IMG/VR virus record: IMGVR_UViG_3300028416_000485
Reading direction: 5' to 3' (one strand)
DNA from: a virus
Length of the DNA: 64,000 nucleotides
Below are positions 47,000 to 57,821 of the stretch, piece by piece (position 1 is the stretch's first letter; every line of letters starts with the position of its first letter). The position numbers and the translations under genes were made by a program. The notes below the pieces were generated by a model. It was not told the DNA's origin, did not search any database, and saw only the letters and a program-made list of their open reading frames with translations.

Positions 47000-48049
47000 A
47001 TGGCTGAACGCATTAATCGCATAGGTGTAGACAAGTACACAATCTCTATAAACACAGAAGGCGAGATTCTTCTCGACACTGGGTTAACAGGTAAAGTTAC
47101 TGTTAACGGTGACTTAGATGTATTGGGTGCTCAAACTAGTATTGGATCAGCTGAGTTAGTAGTTGATGATAAAACTATCACAATCAATAATGGCGATCCT
47201 GGCGGAGACGCTGGGATTACTGACGTATCGGATGGTAACGGAAGAGGCGCTGGTATCATTATTGATCGTGGACCTGATGCGTTTGATGCAAAGTTCTTTT
47301 ATGATGAAGATCTAAACACTATTCGTAATGGTGCAGAACCTGCCAACGAAGGTGCGTTTATTTTTAAACTAGTTAGTGGAGACCTTTCAGGTATCCACAC
47401 TAGTAGTATTATTCCAACACTTAATCAAGATTTATATTTAATCGGAGCCGGTACTGGGGTTGTTAATGTTACTGGAACTACTGATTACGAAAAACAAATA
47501 TGGTCATATACCGGAAGTGATATTACTCCAGATCCGTCACAACCCGATGGACTTAGCGTTGCTACAAACGATGATGCGTTGGTTAACGTTAGAGGATTAC
47601 TCGATTATGTTGACGGTTATTTTACATATAACTTTCAAGATAAAATTACAACAGGCACATTGTCTCCAACAAGTATTCAAGTATATGATACTGAATCAGG
47701 TGGCGGAACTAGTAGAGCTGAAATTTCTATTAATGAAAGTACTATTGCTACGTTTTTTGAGTCTAGAGTCGAGTTTGAAGATCTAAGATTTGATGATAAT
47801 ATTGTTACTACATCAGGTATTAATAGTGATATCATTTTAAAAGGTTCAGGAACTGGAAGAGTACAAATAGATGGATGGTTAAACTTTACCGAGGAAGTAA
47901 CTCCAGTTGATTTGCCAAGTGCAGGTAGCACATTATATAGTAAAACACTCGGAGATGGCGGTACTGGTTTATATTTTATAAACACAGACGGCACACAGGA
48001 CGAACTTGTAAGCAGAAATAAAGCGTTGCTTTATAGTATTATTTTTTAA
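47000..48049 (+). CDS. Putative virion structural/fibre-associated protein
   Basis: Beta-rich; VTVNGDLDVLG, DDKTITIN, AGIIIDRG motifs typical of phage fibre segments. Confidence 0.55.
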   Translation: MAERINRIGVDKYTISINTEGEILLDTGLTGKVTVNGDLDVLGAQTSIGSAELVVDDKTITINNGDPGGDAGITDVSDGNGRGAGIIIDRGPDAFDAKFFYDEDLNTIRNGAEPANEGAFIFKLVSGDLSGIHTSSIIPTLNQDLYLIGAGTGVVNVTGTTDYEKQIWSYTGSDITPDPSQPDGLSVATNDDALVNVRGLLDYVDGYFTYNFQDKITTGTLSPTSIQVYDTESGGGTSRAEISINESTIATFFESRVEFEDLRFDDNIVTTSGINSDIILKGSGTGRVQIDGWLNFTEEVTPVDLPSAGSTLYSKTLGDGGTGLYFINTDGTQDELVSRNKALLYSIIF

Positions 48050-48059
48050 GGAACAAACA

Positions 48060-48392
48060 ATGGCGATAGTAAATGCAGCAATATTAACAACAGATACAAC
48101 TCTTTTAACTGTACCAGCAGAAAAAAAGTTTGCATTAACGACTTTGCTAATATGTAATACAGGACTTAATGACGGAACAGGTAGTAATGATACCAAAGTT
48201 GATGTTCACATTATTCCTAATGGTGCAGTCAAAACAACTGATAACTTGATATTAAATGATTTAGAAATTGGTGCAGCTGATACTTTTACATTCTCGGCAG
48301 AACGATTAATATTGGAAGCAGGAGACAGAGTTATGCTAATAGGACAAACGCCAACAAATCTATCAGCAACATTAAGTTATTTGGAAGTGTAA
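48060..48392 (+). CDS. Small beta-rich virion protein
   Basis: 110 aa, abuts the next gene; LLICN...ERLILEAGD pattern. Confidence 0.55.
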   Translation: MAIVNAAILTTDTTLLTVPAEKKFALTTLLICNTGLNDGTGSNDTKVDVHIIPNGAVKTTDNLILNDLEIGAADTFTFSAERLILEAGDRVMLIGQTPTNLSATLSYLEV

Positions 48393-51300
48393 ATGAGTTA
48401 TATTAAAAGACAGTCGATACATAGCAGAAAAATAGGGGATAAGACCTTTATTCTTACATCCGACGGTGATATGGAAATGAACCTTGACGATGGCAAGGAG
48501 TTTCGTGTAAATGCCAATATGATCACCACAGGTGATGTTACTGGTCCAAAAGTTACTAATGTATACTACGTTACCGAAGATGGTAGTGATACAAACGATG
48601 GTAGAAGTGCAGATAAAAATGGCGCATTTGCTAGTATAAAACGTGCATCAGAAGTTGCACCCATTGGCTCAACTATTATTGTTGCACCAGGCGATTATTA
48701 TGAAAACAATCCGATCACATTACGTGACTTTGTTACTGTCTCAGGACAAGGCGAACTTAGAAATACTAGAGTGTTTCCAAAGAATCCTACTTCGGATTTC
48801 TTTCTTATGGGCAATGCTTGTTACTTATATCAAATAACATTTAGAGGATTACGTGCTCCAGGCTGGTGTACTCGAATACGCCCAGGCGCCCTAGTTACTA
48901 CTTCGCCATATGTACAAAACTGTACTAACATGAATGGTCCGTGGTTGAACGACGGAACTGAGTTTGTACCATTTGAAACTGTACAGATTGAAGGTATTAC
49001 ACCGGGTGCAAAACCAATATTATTAGCAGACAATCCAAACGTTCCTGTAGAAAAACAAATTAATCCAGAAGGTGGCGGTGGCGGACTACTAGTTGACGGA
49101 GACGACTACGATCCTGCATCACTAGTGTTTAGTTTTGTTGCTGACGCATTTACACAGATTTCACAAGGTGGTATTGGTTTCCATGTTACCAACTTTGGTT
49201 ATACACAGATTGTTAGTTGCTTCTCGGTCTTCTGTAGTACAGGATTTATGACTACCAAAGGTGGTTATTTAAGTATTTCAAACAGTGTTAGTGACTTTGG
49301 TACTAACGGTGTTGTAGCAGATGGGTATTATCCAGTAGCATATACCACAGCAACAGCTGATCAAAACTATTATTCTACAGTAGGTAGTGTAACACTTTCA
49401 TTTGCAGGAACAGGATACACTAGTGTACCAACAATACAGTTTAGCGCACCAGAAGGCGCAGGCGGAACAGTTGCCCAAGCTACTGCTCAGGTAGATTTAA
49501 CTACAGGTGAACTTGCAGCAGTCAGTATTACTGATAATGGTAGCGGATATCGAAGTGTACCGGATATTACATTTACAGGAGGTGGCGCAACAATACAAGC
49601 CACCGGAACAGTGAATCTAAGAACAAATGCTAGTATTGCTATTTCAAGTTTAAGAGACAAGCCGCAAACTGGTTCTGTTATTAAGTTTGACGGTGATGAT
49701 ATATTTTATTATATTACTTCAAACGACATTACAACACAGCCGTTTGTATACAATCAAGAAACTTGCGAACGTGATGTTAGACGTATCATTGATGCACTAA
49801 CTAGTGATATTGTTATGGGCACATACTATCAAACAACTACAGCAGCGCAAAGTTATTTACGAGCTACCTCTACTAAAGTTCTTTTAGATCAGCTTGCTCC
49901 TACTATATATGCACTTGAAGCAACACGTGACGAAATGAAAGCGTTAACTTCAAATCTTGCAATGAAAGAAGAACTGGATCAACGATTTAATATTGTTACT
50001 AGTACACTTGCAGCAGGCGATAGTACTGGCATTCCATTCGTTGGAGATCAGCTCGGCGACACATTTAACGATCTAAGTAGCATAGATGGCGAAATCATTG
50101 AAGCAAAAGATAATATTTTAGTAAATAGAGATTTTATTATTGCTGAACTAACTGCTTATATCAACGATCAGTTTACCGAACTAAGTTATAATCAAGCATG
50201 GTACGACGAAGATATGACAGTGTTCTTAACTGCACTTTCTTCATACATTGCCACAGGTGGCGACCATGTTATAGTTAGACAAGCAAAAGAGTTTAGATCA
50301 AGAACAAGATTTAAAAATCTTTATGTTTCTAGTTTTGCTTATCTAAGATCATTAGTTTTAGGATATACAGAAGTTAACACAGATCCTACTTCAGTAACTA
50401 GAGTAAATGAAGCATTTGATATTATTATTAACGTAGTTGACGATGGCGATAGTACAGGCATTGTACCTGCATATCCAGCAAGTGTTGGAGTTACGCAAAA
50501 TGGAATAGATTCAAAAGATCATTTACAAGCAAACAAGGATTTTATTGTTGCTGAGTTTATTGCTTACTTAGACACACTTGACAGTACACTAACTTATACT
50601 GCATCTGAATGGGAAGCATATGTTGAAAACTTTGTTGATGCTTTATCATATGATATTTTATATGGTGGTAACAATGCAACAGTACAAGAAACAACTTGGT
50701 TCTTTAAAAGTGTAACGTGGAGTAAATTTACTACTACAAATCTAACAGCATTTGAAGACGCATTTGCAAGAGTAAGATTTATTGTACAACGTGTTATTAG
50801 AGGACTTAGTGTTGCAAAAACATCAGGTAATGCAGAAACACAAGACTTTACAAGCGGCGATGCTACACAAATTGAAGCTACATTACTAGATGGATTAGTG
50901 CAAATAGTTGAAAACGTTATTAATGCACAAACTATTACTGGGTTGCCTACTAAATCTTATCCAAATATTGAAGAAGAACCAGCCGGACAAGTAAATGCAG
51001 CAAATAAACTACTTTCGGTTATTGCAACTATCCTTGAAGATACAATAGATTATAACTTAATCAATAACCCAACACTTACTTACAACGAAGAAAAGTGTAA
51101 ACGTGATGTTGGTTATATGGTTGATGCAGTATATAGAGATGCCCAGCTTGGAACAAATCAAAATAGTATTACAGCAGGATTATCTTACAATCGTGCAAAT
51201 GTTGCCTACTTAAACGGCGAACAAAAACCTGCAACTATTATTGCACTAAGAGAAGCAAAACGTTTGGCTGTATTAGCAGCAAGTGGCGAAGCAGCATTCC

Positions 51301-54300
51301 AGGACAAAGTTTCAGACTTATTTGATAATATTTTTGATATTATTGAGTTTAACCAACTACCTAGTGAAGGTAGAGAATATCCTGAACCAGGTCCAGCAGC
51401 TGATGCACTTATAAATGCGCACTCGCAGTTTGTTGCAAACAAAGCCTTTTTAACAGGCGAAGTTATTGCATATATTAATGATAACAACTTTGTATACGAC
51501 CAAGCCAAGTGTGAAAGAGATACAGGACTGATTATCTCAGGTGCTGGATACGATGCACTACTTGGAACAAACTATAATAGTGTAACCAACGGACTAGCAT
51601 ATTTAAGAGTAAATGCCGGAGCAGTGTTATCTGATCAGTTAACTGAAACACTAGCAGCGATTAACTTTGCAAAAGGACAATCAACTACAGCAACAGCTAG
51701 TGATGCAACAACACAAACAGCAGTTGGCGCAGCGTTTGACGAAGTAGTAGACATTGTTACAAATGGTATTGGCTTTGCAGATACACTAACATGGACAAAC
51801 CCAACTGGTGCAACTACCGGCCAGATTAATGCAAAAGATCAAATGGTTGCTAACCGTGCGTTTTTACAAAAAGAAGCAGCAACATTTATTACAAATAACT
51901 ACAAAGACTTTACATACAATCAAGAAAAGTGTGAAAGAGATATTGGCCTAATAATGGATGCCGTTGCACTTGATGTTGCACTTGGAACAAACTATAATAG
52001 TGTAACAGCAGGACTTGCATATCAGAGAGCTAGTAGTGCAGATTTACAAGACGATCAGTTGATACAAACGTCTGGAGCACTAAGAGAACTTAAAAAAGAA
52101 ATAGTAAAACTTGGACTAAGTGACACAGCAGAACCAAAAGCTGAAGCAGCAATGGACGAGATTATTGATATTCTTGAAAACGGAAACATCAGTACAGACG
52201 ATGCAGCAGACACATTAGTATTTCCAACTCCTGGCTTATTGCCTTCAACAAATGCTGTTGAAGCAAAAGATCAGTTGATTGCTAACAAAGCATACATACA
52301 AGAAGAAATAATACAGTGGATCACTGTTAACTATCCTGCATTAAGTTACGATGCAGTTAAATGTAGAAGAGATGTTGGATATATTGTTGATGCATTATGT
52401 CACGATATCTTATACGGCGGCAATAGCGCAACTCAACAAGCAGCACAATCGTATTTTGTTGGTGCTGTTGCACAACTAGGTGCGGGACAAGTAGCAGCTA
52501 CAGCAGCAGCATACAATAGACTAGGTCAAGTAGTTAGTGATATTGTTATTGAAGCAGTTGTTGAAAATAGTGCAGGCAACGTTTTAGTACAAGATACTAG
52601 CGGAACTCCGGCAAGTTCAACAGAAGCAGATGATGTATCAGGTCTAGTACAGATTATCGAAGATGTTATTACAGCAGGAAATATTGCCGGACTACCATCT
52701 GTGCAACTACCATCTGTTAGCTGGTCAACTAGTGTGTTACAACAAGCATACAGTACTATCAAAGGCAACAAAGATGATGTAAAAGAAACTGTGATTATTT
52801 GGATTGCAAACAACTTCCAAAGTTTTACTTACGACGAAGCAAAGTGTGCTAGAGATGTAGGTATTATGATAGAAGCTGTGTGTTATGATGCAGCAATAGG
52901 AACTAACTTCAATCAAGTAACATCAGGACTTGCATATCAAAGAGCAAATGCTGCGGTAGCTGTTGGTTCACAACTATTACAAACAGTTAAGTCTATTGAA
53001 TATCTAAGAGATACTATTAATACTGATGAAATACAGCTATCAGGAACATTTAGAAGTCGTGTACTTGCAGGATTTAATGAAATATTAGACATTATTAACA
53101 ACGGTGTTGTAAGTACAGATACATCAGCAGATACGCTAACATTCCCAGATAGCGGCCTAAATGCTAACTATCCACTAGCAGTAACTCAGCTACAAGCAAA
53201 CAGAGATTTCCTAGCAAAAGAGACTAGTGCATATGTTACTAATAACTATCCATTACTAACATTTGATGCAGCAAAATGTGAAAGAGACACCAAATATATC
53301 ATTGATGCTGTTTGTTATGATATTATATATCGCGGTAACTTAGCATCTAAAAATGCAGCAGAAAGTTATTTTGTTGGAGCAGTTTCTCAACTTGGTGCTG
53401 GACAACAAGCAGCTACAGTTGCAGCATTTAATGAACTAGCAAATGTAGCATCTGATGTTATTCAAAATATTACACACGGAACTGCAGAACAATCAGGTGT
53501 AACACAAGATACATCTAATCCAGGTTCTGATGCTGGTACAGCAGGCGAAGCACAAAACCTGTTGCAAATAGTAGAAGATGTTGTTAATAACAACAATATA
53601 GATTCTATTCCAGCAGATATTCTTACAGACATTACTTGGACAGCAGCAGAATTACAAACAGATTTTGCAGACTTGAATAGTACTACGAAAGTAGATTTTT
53701 ACAAAGCAGATGTTATTGATTATATCAATAAAACATTTACAAGAAGTTTTACATTCAATAGTGCAAAGTGTGAAAGAGATACAGGTTATATTGTTGATGC
53801 TCTTACATACGATATTTTATATGGCGGCAATGCTGCAACATATCAAGCAGCACAAGCATATTATGTTGGCTATGTAAGTCAAGTTGTAGGACAACAGCCT
53901 GAAACAGCAGCAGCATTAGGATGGGTAGATACACTACTTGGTAGTATATTACTCGATACATTATATGATGATCCAGAACAAACAGGCGTAGTACAAGATA
54001 CAACTGCTGGCGCTGCAACTGCAACTGAAGTAGCTAGAGCAACAGAACTATTAACAGTATTCCAAAACGTTATCACTGACGGTGTTGATAATCTTCCAGC
54101 TGTATCTTATCCAGATACATCATGGGCAACTGCCGGCGCACAAACTGCTATTGCAAGTTTAGAAGCAGCAAAAGCAACTATTGTTGCTGATACAATAACA
54201 GAACTTGAAGATAACTACAATGCATTTTCTTATAACGAAGCAAGTTGTAGAAATGACACAGGTCTTATTATTGATGCTGTAGCATACGATTTACTATACA

Positions 54301-57300
54301 CAGGCAATATACAAACAATCATTGCTACTAATGCATACTTCTTAGGAGCAGTAGCATATATTCCTGAAAGTCAAAGAGCAAACACAGTTGCAGCATATAC
54401 ACATTTACAAGACGTTGCTTTAAAATGTATCGAAGGTATTGGTGTAACACCAACTACTGGAAACACAGAATCGCAAGTATTAGGCGGAGCATATGGCACA
54501 AGTATAGAAAGTTCAACAGCAGTTGGATTAATAGGTATTATCAAAAGTGCTGTTGAAAATAATACACTAGTTGGTGTTCCAGGAGAAGTTAATCCAGACT
54601 TTAGTTGGTTGCCTCAAACAACAAGATCAGCAGCTAATGCATTACTTGCAAACAAGTTGATTATACAAAACGGTGTTATCACATATATCCAAGATAATAT
54701 ACTAGGATTTGAATACGGTATTGAAGTTTGTGAAAGAGATACCGGCTATGTTATTGATGCTGTACTATACGATTTGATGTACGGTGGTAACAAGCAATCT
54801 CGCAGAGCAGCCGAAGCATACTACAGTGGCACTATATTAGGTGCAGCAAAAGTAGGCAATGTTGACCAAACATTAGTTAGTGCATATAGTTATTATAAGC
54901 TAGGCGACATAATGCGTCAAGTTGCAAATAACGAAGTTGTTGCTAAAAGTTTTGGAAATGCAAAAACACAGATTTTAACTATTCCAGATGCAGATGCAGC
55001 AATTGGACAACGTGCTGAACTTTTAGTTGATAGACTTGCTTTATCGATTATACAAGGATACACTACAGGCTGGCACGAAGTTGGACACAATCACGAACTT
55101 GGTAGTAGTGTTTACAACACTGAAAGAAATATCATCGTTGGAGCAACTGAAGATATTGTAGAAACTGCTATTAACGATCTAAATGCAACATACGGTGGTA
55201 GTGCAGAAATCACAGTGTTCCCAGGTATCGTTAGTGTTGAAACAACACAGCAAGCATACTTGTACAATGTTAGTACTATTTCAACTTCAGGTCATGCGTT
55301 TGAATATGTAGGTGCTGGCGTAACTTATAACGCACTTCCGTTCTTTGGTGGTACAGCAATACCTGAACAAGAGATTATCGAAACAAGCAACGGTAAAGTA
55401 TTTGCTGGTGGTACAGTTGACCAAATCGGTAACTTTAGAGTTGGTAACTTCTTTGGTGTTAACGCACTTACAGGTAGTATCACACTTAATGCTAACGAAA
55501 TCGACTTAAAAGGATTAACCAGTGTTGGTCCGTTTATTAGAGATGGTATTCCGGTTGGTGTAGAACTTAAAGAAGTTAGTGACAATGCAAACTTAGTTTC
55601 AAGTATTGGTACACAAGACTTTAATACAGCGCCTACACAAAAAGCTGTTAGTACATATGTTGAAAACAGATACTTAAACAAACTAACAGGCGGCACTGTT
55701 GAAGGCGATATTACACTCAACGGCGACTTTGATGTTAACGGTGATGTGATTAGTACAGATACATCTGGTGCGTTCAACTTGTTAAACACAAGTGCTACAA
55801 CTATTAACGCATTTGGCGATGCAACATCGATTATTATGGGTGCAGCAGACGGTACATTTACAGTTAATCCAGACTTGTTAGTGCAAGGTAGCTTAACAGT
55901 TAACGGTGATATTGTATTCACAGGTGATGTTAGTTTAAACATTCCTGATGAAAGTTTACAAGCATACAGTATTAGTACAGAAGGTTCGTTGGACTTTATT
56001 AGTATTAACACACGTACAGACGAAGAACTTATTACATTTGGCATCCGTCCAGGATTACTTGTTGAAAATACAACAGAGTCGACTAGCACAACTACAGGTT
56101 CGGTTGTTATTGACGGTGGTGTTGGTATTGCTAAAAGTTTAACTGTCGGTGTTGATTTTACCGCAGACGGAAGTATTGTATTAGGCAGTGATAGAGCAGT
56201 TGATACTATTGATATCAATGGTGCAACTGATATTGACTTGCCAGACAATAACACTAACGTACTAAGAATACACGAAAATGTTAGCGACTATATTATAATA
56301 GATACAGTTGACGGATCAGAAGTAGTTGAGTTTGGAACAACTCCAAATATTATTATACTAAACAACGATGATGCTACTGACAATGTTACTGGTGCAGTAC
56401 AAATCACAGGTGGTCTTAGTACACAACGTAATATACACGCTGGTGTTGATATTACTGCTGATAGAGATATTATTGCAGATAGAGATATACAAATCAATGG
56501 TACCAATATTATTACAGACGAAACTGGTACCTTTAATGTATTCAATACTAATGCTACACGCATAGATGCATTTGGCGATGCTACAACTATTAACATAGGT
56601 GCAACAACAGGCACACTTACTATCAACAATGAGATAGTTGTTATTGATAGTGTTACAAGTTTGCAAATACCAGTTGGTACATCAGCACAACGACCAGCGT
56701 TTGCAACTGGTCAGGTTAGATTCAACACAGATACGCTAGTATTTGAAGGTTATGACGGTATTGCATGGGGTTCATTAGGCGGCGTAAAAGATGTTGATCA
56801 AAATACATTTATACGTCCTGAAACATCACCTGGTGCTAACAATGACGAGCTTGAGTTCTTTACAAACGGAAGTCAACGTGCTATTATTGGTAACTCATAC
56901 TTTAATGTTGACAGTAGTGTAATATCAACATTCAACAATACAACTCCAAGTCAAACTTATCAAAGTGGAGCAGTTGTAGTTGCTGGCGGTGTTGGCATAG
57001 GTGAAGAACTACATGTACAAAAATACATTGGCGGTAATAACAATGGTGTACTACAACTTACATCACTTGCTACAGACACAGTTGATATTAGAGCAAATAC
57101 AGTACTTGCACAAGATGGACTAAAACTTATAACCAATGCACCTGATAGTGCAGCAGATGATATTGTATATCCAATGACATTTGCACATCACAGTATAAGT
57201 GGTACTCCAGTAGCAGGAAGCGGCACAGGTGTTAAGTTTGAACTTGAAACAGCAAATGATAACTTTGAAACATCGGGTCAGATTGATGTTATAGCACAAG

Positions 57301-57794
57301 ATATTACTGGACTACAAGAAGACTTTGATATGGTCTTTAGTACAATGATTGGTGGCACAGCAGGTGTTGAAAAACTACGTTTAAGTGAAGATATATCAAC
57401 CTTTACAACAGACTTAGCAATCAACAACGATGCATTAACAACAAATCAAGCAACGTTTAACTTGTTAAATGATACTGCTACAACTATCAACTTTGGTGGA
57501 GCAGCAACAACTATTAGCATTGGTGATGCTACAGGAACACTTACTGTAAATCACAACTTCCATGTAACTGGAACAGTAAGTTTAACTAATGATTTAGCAG
57601 TTGCACACGGTGGTACAGGTGTAAGTACGTTTACAACAGACGGCATACTTTACGGTAATGCAGCTACTGATGTTCAAGTAACTGACGCAGCCGGAACAAG
57701 TGACGCAAGTAACAGTTTCCAAATACTTACTGTAACAAGTGATGCTGATGCAACACCAGTTTGGACTGATACCATAGACGGTGGCGCATTTTAA
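48393..57794 (+). CDS. Giant (3133 aa) fibre-like virion protein: pectin-lyase-like beta-helix, 12 tandem phycobiliprotein-like helical repeats, C-terminal fibre repeats
   Basis: N-terminal NVYYVTEDGSDTNDG..FASIKRA..PGDYYE. Ten CxxD repeats plus two degenerate ones. C-terminal FNLLN..ATTIN.FG.A repeats, GAVVVAGGVGI motifs and terminal IDGGAF. Confidence 0.8.
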   Translation: MSYIKRQSIHSRKIGDKTFILTSDGDMEMNLDDGKEFRVNANMITTGDVTGPKVTNVYYVTEDGSDTNDGRSADKNGAFASIKRASEVAPIGSTIIVAPGDYYENNPITLRDFVTVSGQGELRNTRVFPKNPTSDFFLMGNACYLYQITFRGLRAPGWCTRIRPGALVTTSPYVQNCTNMNGPWLNDGTEFVPFETVQIEGITPGAKPILLADNPNVPVEKQINPEGGGGGLLVDGDDYDPASLVFSFVADAFTQISQGGIGFHVTNFGYTQIVSCFSVFCSTGFMTTKGGYLSISNSVSDFGTNGVVADGYYPVAYTTATADQNYYSTVGSVTLSFAGTGYTSVPTIQFSAPEGAGGTVAQATAQVDLTTGELAAVSITDNGSGYRSVPDITFTGGGATIQATGTVNLRTNASIAISSLRDKPQTGSVIKFDGDDIFYYITSNDITTQPFVYNQETCERDVRRIIDALTSDIVMGTYYQTTTAAQSYLRATSTKVLLDQLAPTIYALEATRDEMKALTSNLAMKEELDQRFNIVTSTLAAGDSTGIPFVGDQLGDTFNDLSSIDGEIIEAKDNILVNRDFIIAELTAYINDQFTELSYNQAWYDEDMTVFLTALSSYIATGGDHVIVRQAKEFRSRTRFKNLYVSSFAYLRSLVLGYTEVNTDPTSVTRVNEAFDIIINVVDDGDSTGIVPAYPASVGVTQNGIDSKDHLQANKDFIVAEFIAYLDTLDSTLTYTASEWEAYVENFVDALSYDILYGGNNATVQETTWFFKSVTWSKFTTTNLTAFEDAFARVRFIVQRVIRGLSVAKTSGNAETQDFTSGDATQIEATLLDGLVQIVENVINAQTITGLPTKSYPNIEEEPAGQVNAANKLLSVIATILEDTIDYNLINNPTLTYNEEKCKRDVGYMVDAVYRDAQLGTNQNSITAGLSYNRANVAYLNGEQKPATIIALREAKRLAVLAASGEAAFQDKVSDLFDNIFDIIEFNQLPSEGREYPEPGPAADALINAHSQFVANKAFLTGEVIAYINDNNFVYDQAKCERDTGLIISGAGYDALLGTNYNSVTNGLAYLRVNAGAVLSDQLTETLAAINFAKGQSTTATASDATTQTAVGAAFDEVVDIVTNGIGFADTLTWTNPTGATTGQINAKDQMVANRAFLQKEAATFITNNYKDFTYNQEKCERDIGLIMDAVALDVALGTNYNSVTAGLAYQRASSADLQDDQLIQTSGALRELKKEIVKLGLSDTAEPKAEAAMDEIIDILENGNISTDDAADTLVFPTPGLLPSTNAVEAKDQLIANKAYIQEEIIQWITVNYPALSYDAVKCRRDVGYIVDALCHDILYGGNSATQQAAQSYFVGAVAQLGAGQVAATAAAYNRLGQVVSDIVIEAVVENSAGNVLVQDTSGTPASSTEADDVSGLVQIIEDVITAGNIAGLPSVQLPSVSWSTSVLQQAYSTIKGNKDDVKETVIIWIANNFQSFTYDEAKCARDVGIMIEAVCYDAAIGTNFNQVTSGLAYQRANAAVAVGSQLLQTVKSIEYLRDTINTDEIQLSGTFRSRVLAGFNEILDIINNGVVSTDTSADTLTFPDSGLNANYPLAVTQLQANRDFLAKETSAYVTNNYPLLTFDAAKCERDTKYIIDAVCYDIIYRGNLASKNAAESYFVGAVSQLGAGQQAATVAAFNELANVASDVIQNITHGTAEQSGVTQDTSNPGSDAGTAGEAQNLLQIVEDVVNNNNIDSIPADILTDITWTAAELQTDFADLNSTTKVDFYKADVIDYINKTFTRSFTFNSAKCERDTGYIVDALTYDILYGGNAATYQAAQAYYVGYVSQVVGQQPETAAALGWVDTLLGSILLDTLYDDPEQTGVVQDTTAGAATATEVARATELLTVFQNVITDGVDNLPAVSYPDTSWATAGAQTAIASLEAAKATIVADTITELEDNYNAFSYNEASCRNDTGLIIDAVAYDLLYTGNIQTIIATNAYFLGAVAYIPESQRANTVAAYTHLQDVALKCIEGIGVTPTTGNTESQVLGGAYGTSIESSTAVGLIGIIKSAVENNTLVGVPGEVNPDFSWLPQTTRSAANALLANKLIIQNGVITYIQDNILGFEYGIEVCERDTGYVIDAVLYDLMYGGNKQSRRAAEAYYSGTILGAAKVGNVDQTLVSAYSYYKLGDIMRQVANNEVVAKSFGNAKTQILTIPDADAAIGQRAELLVDRLALSIIQGYTTGWHEVGHNHELGSSVYNTERNIIVGATEDIVETAINDLNATYGGSAEITVFPGIVSVETTQQAYLYNVSTISTSGHAFEYVGAGVTYNALPFFGGTAIPEQEIIETSNGKVFAGGTVDQIGNFRVGNFFGVNALTGSITLNANEIDLKGLTSVGPFIRDGIPVGVELKEVSDNANLVSSIGTQDFNTAPTQKAVSTYVENRYLNKLTGGTVEGDITLNGDFDVNGDVISTDTSGAFNLLNTSATTINAFGDATSIIMGAADGTFTVNPDLLVQGSLTVNGDIVFTGDVSLNIPDESLQAYSISTEGSLDFISINTRTDEELITFGIRPGLLVENTTESTSTTTGSVVIDGGVGIAKSLTVGVDFTADGSIVLGSDRAVDTIDINGATDIDLPDNNTNVLRIHENVSDYIIIDTVDGSEVVEFGTTPNIIILNNDDATDNVTGAVQITGGLSTQRNIHAGVDITADRDIIADRDIQINGTNIITDETGTFNVFNTNATRIDAFGDATTINIGATTGTLTINNEIVVIDSVTSLQIPVGTSAQRPAFATGQVRFNTDTLVFEGYDGIAWGSLGGVKDVDQNTFIRPETSPGANNDELEFFTNGSQRAIIGNSYFNVDSSVISTFNNTTPSQTYQSGAVVVAGGVGIGEELHVQKYIGGNNNGVLQLTSLATDTVDIRANTVLAQDGLKLITNAPDSAADDIVYPMTFAHHSISGTPVAGSGTGVKFELETANDNFETSGQIDVIAQDITGLQEDFDMVFSTMIGGTAGVEKLRLSEDISTFTTDLAINNDALTTNQATFNLLNDTATTINFGGAATTISIGDATGTLTVNHNFHVTGTVSLTNDLAVAHGGTGVSTFTTDGILYGNAATDVQVTDAAGTSDASNSFQILTVTSDADATPVWTDTIDGGAF
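49745..55200 (+). repeat. Tandem 138-164-aa repeats with Y...KCxRD.GY..DA..YD...G.N core
   Basis: Cys codons at 49764, 51096, 51510, 51930, 52362, 52845, 53277, 53769, 54246, 54729. Cys-less copies near 50190 and 50600. Confidence 0.9.
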
Positions 57795-57821
57795 ACTTAC
57801 TGAATAAAGTAAAATAATAAT

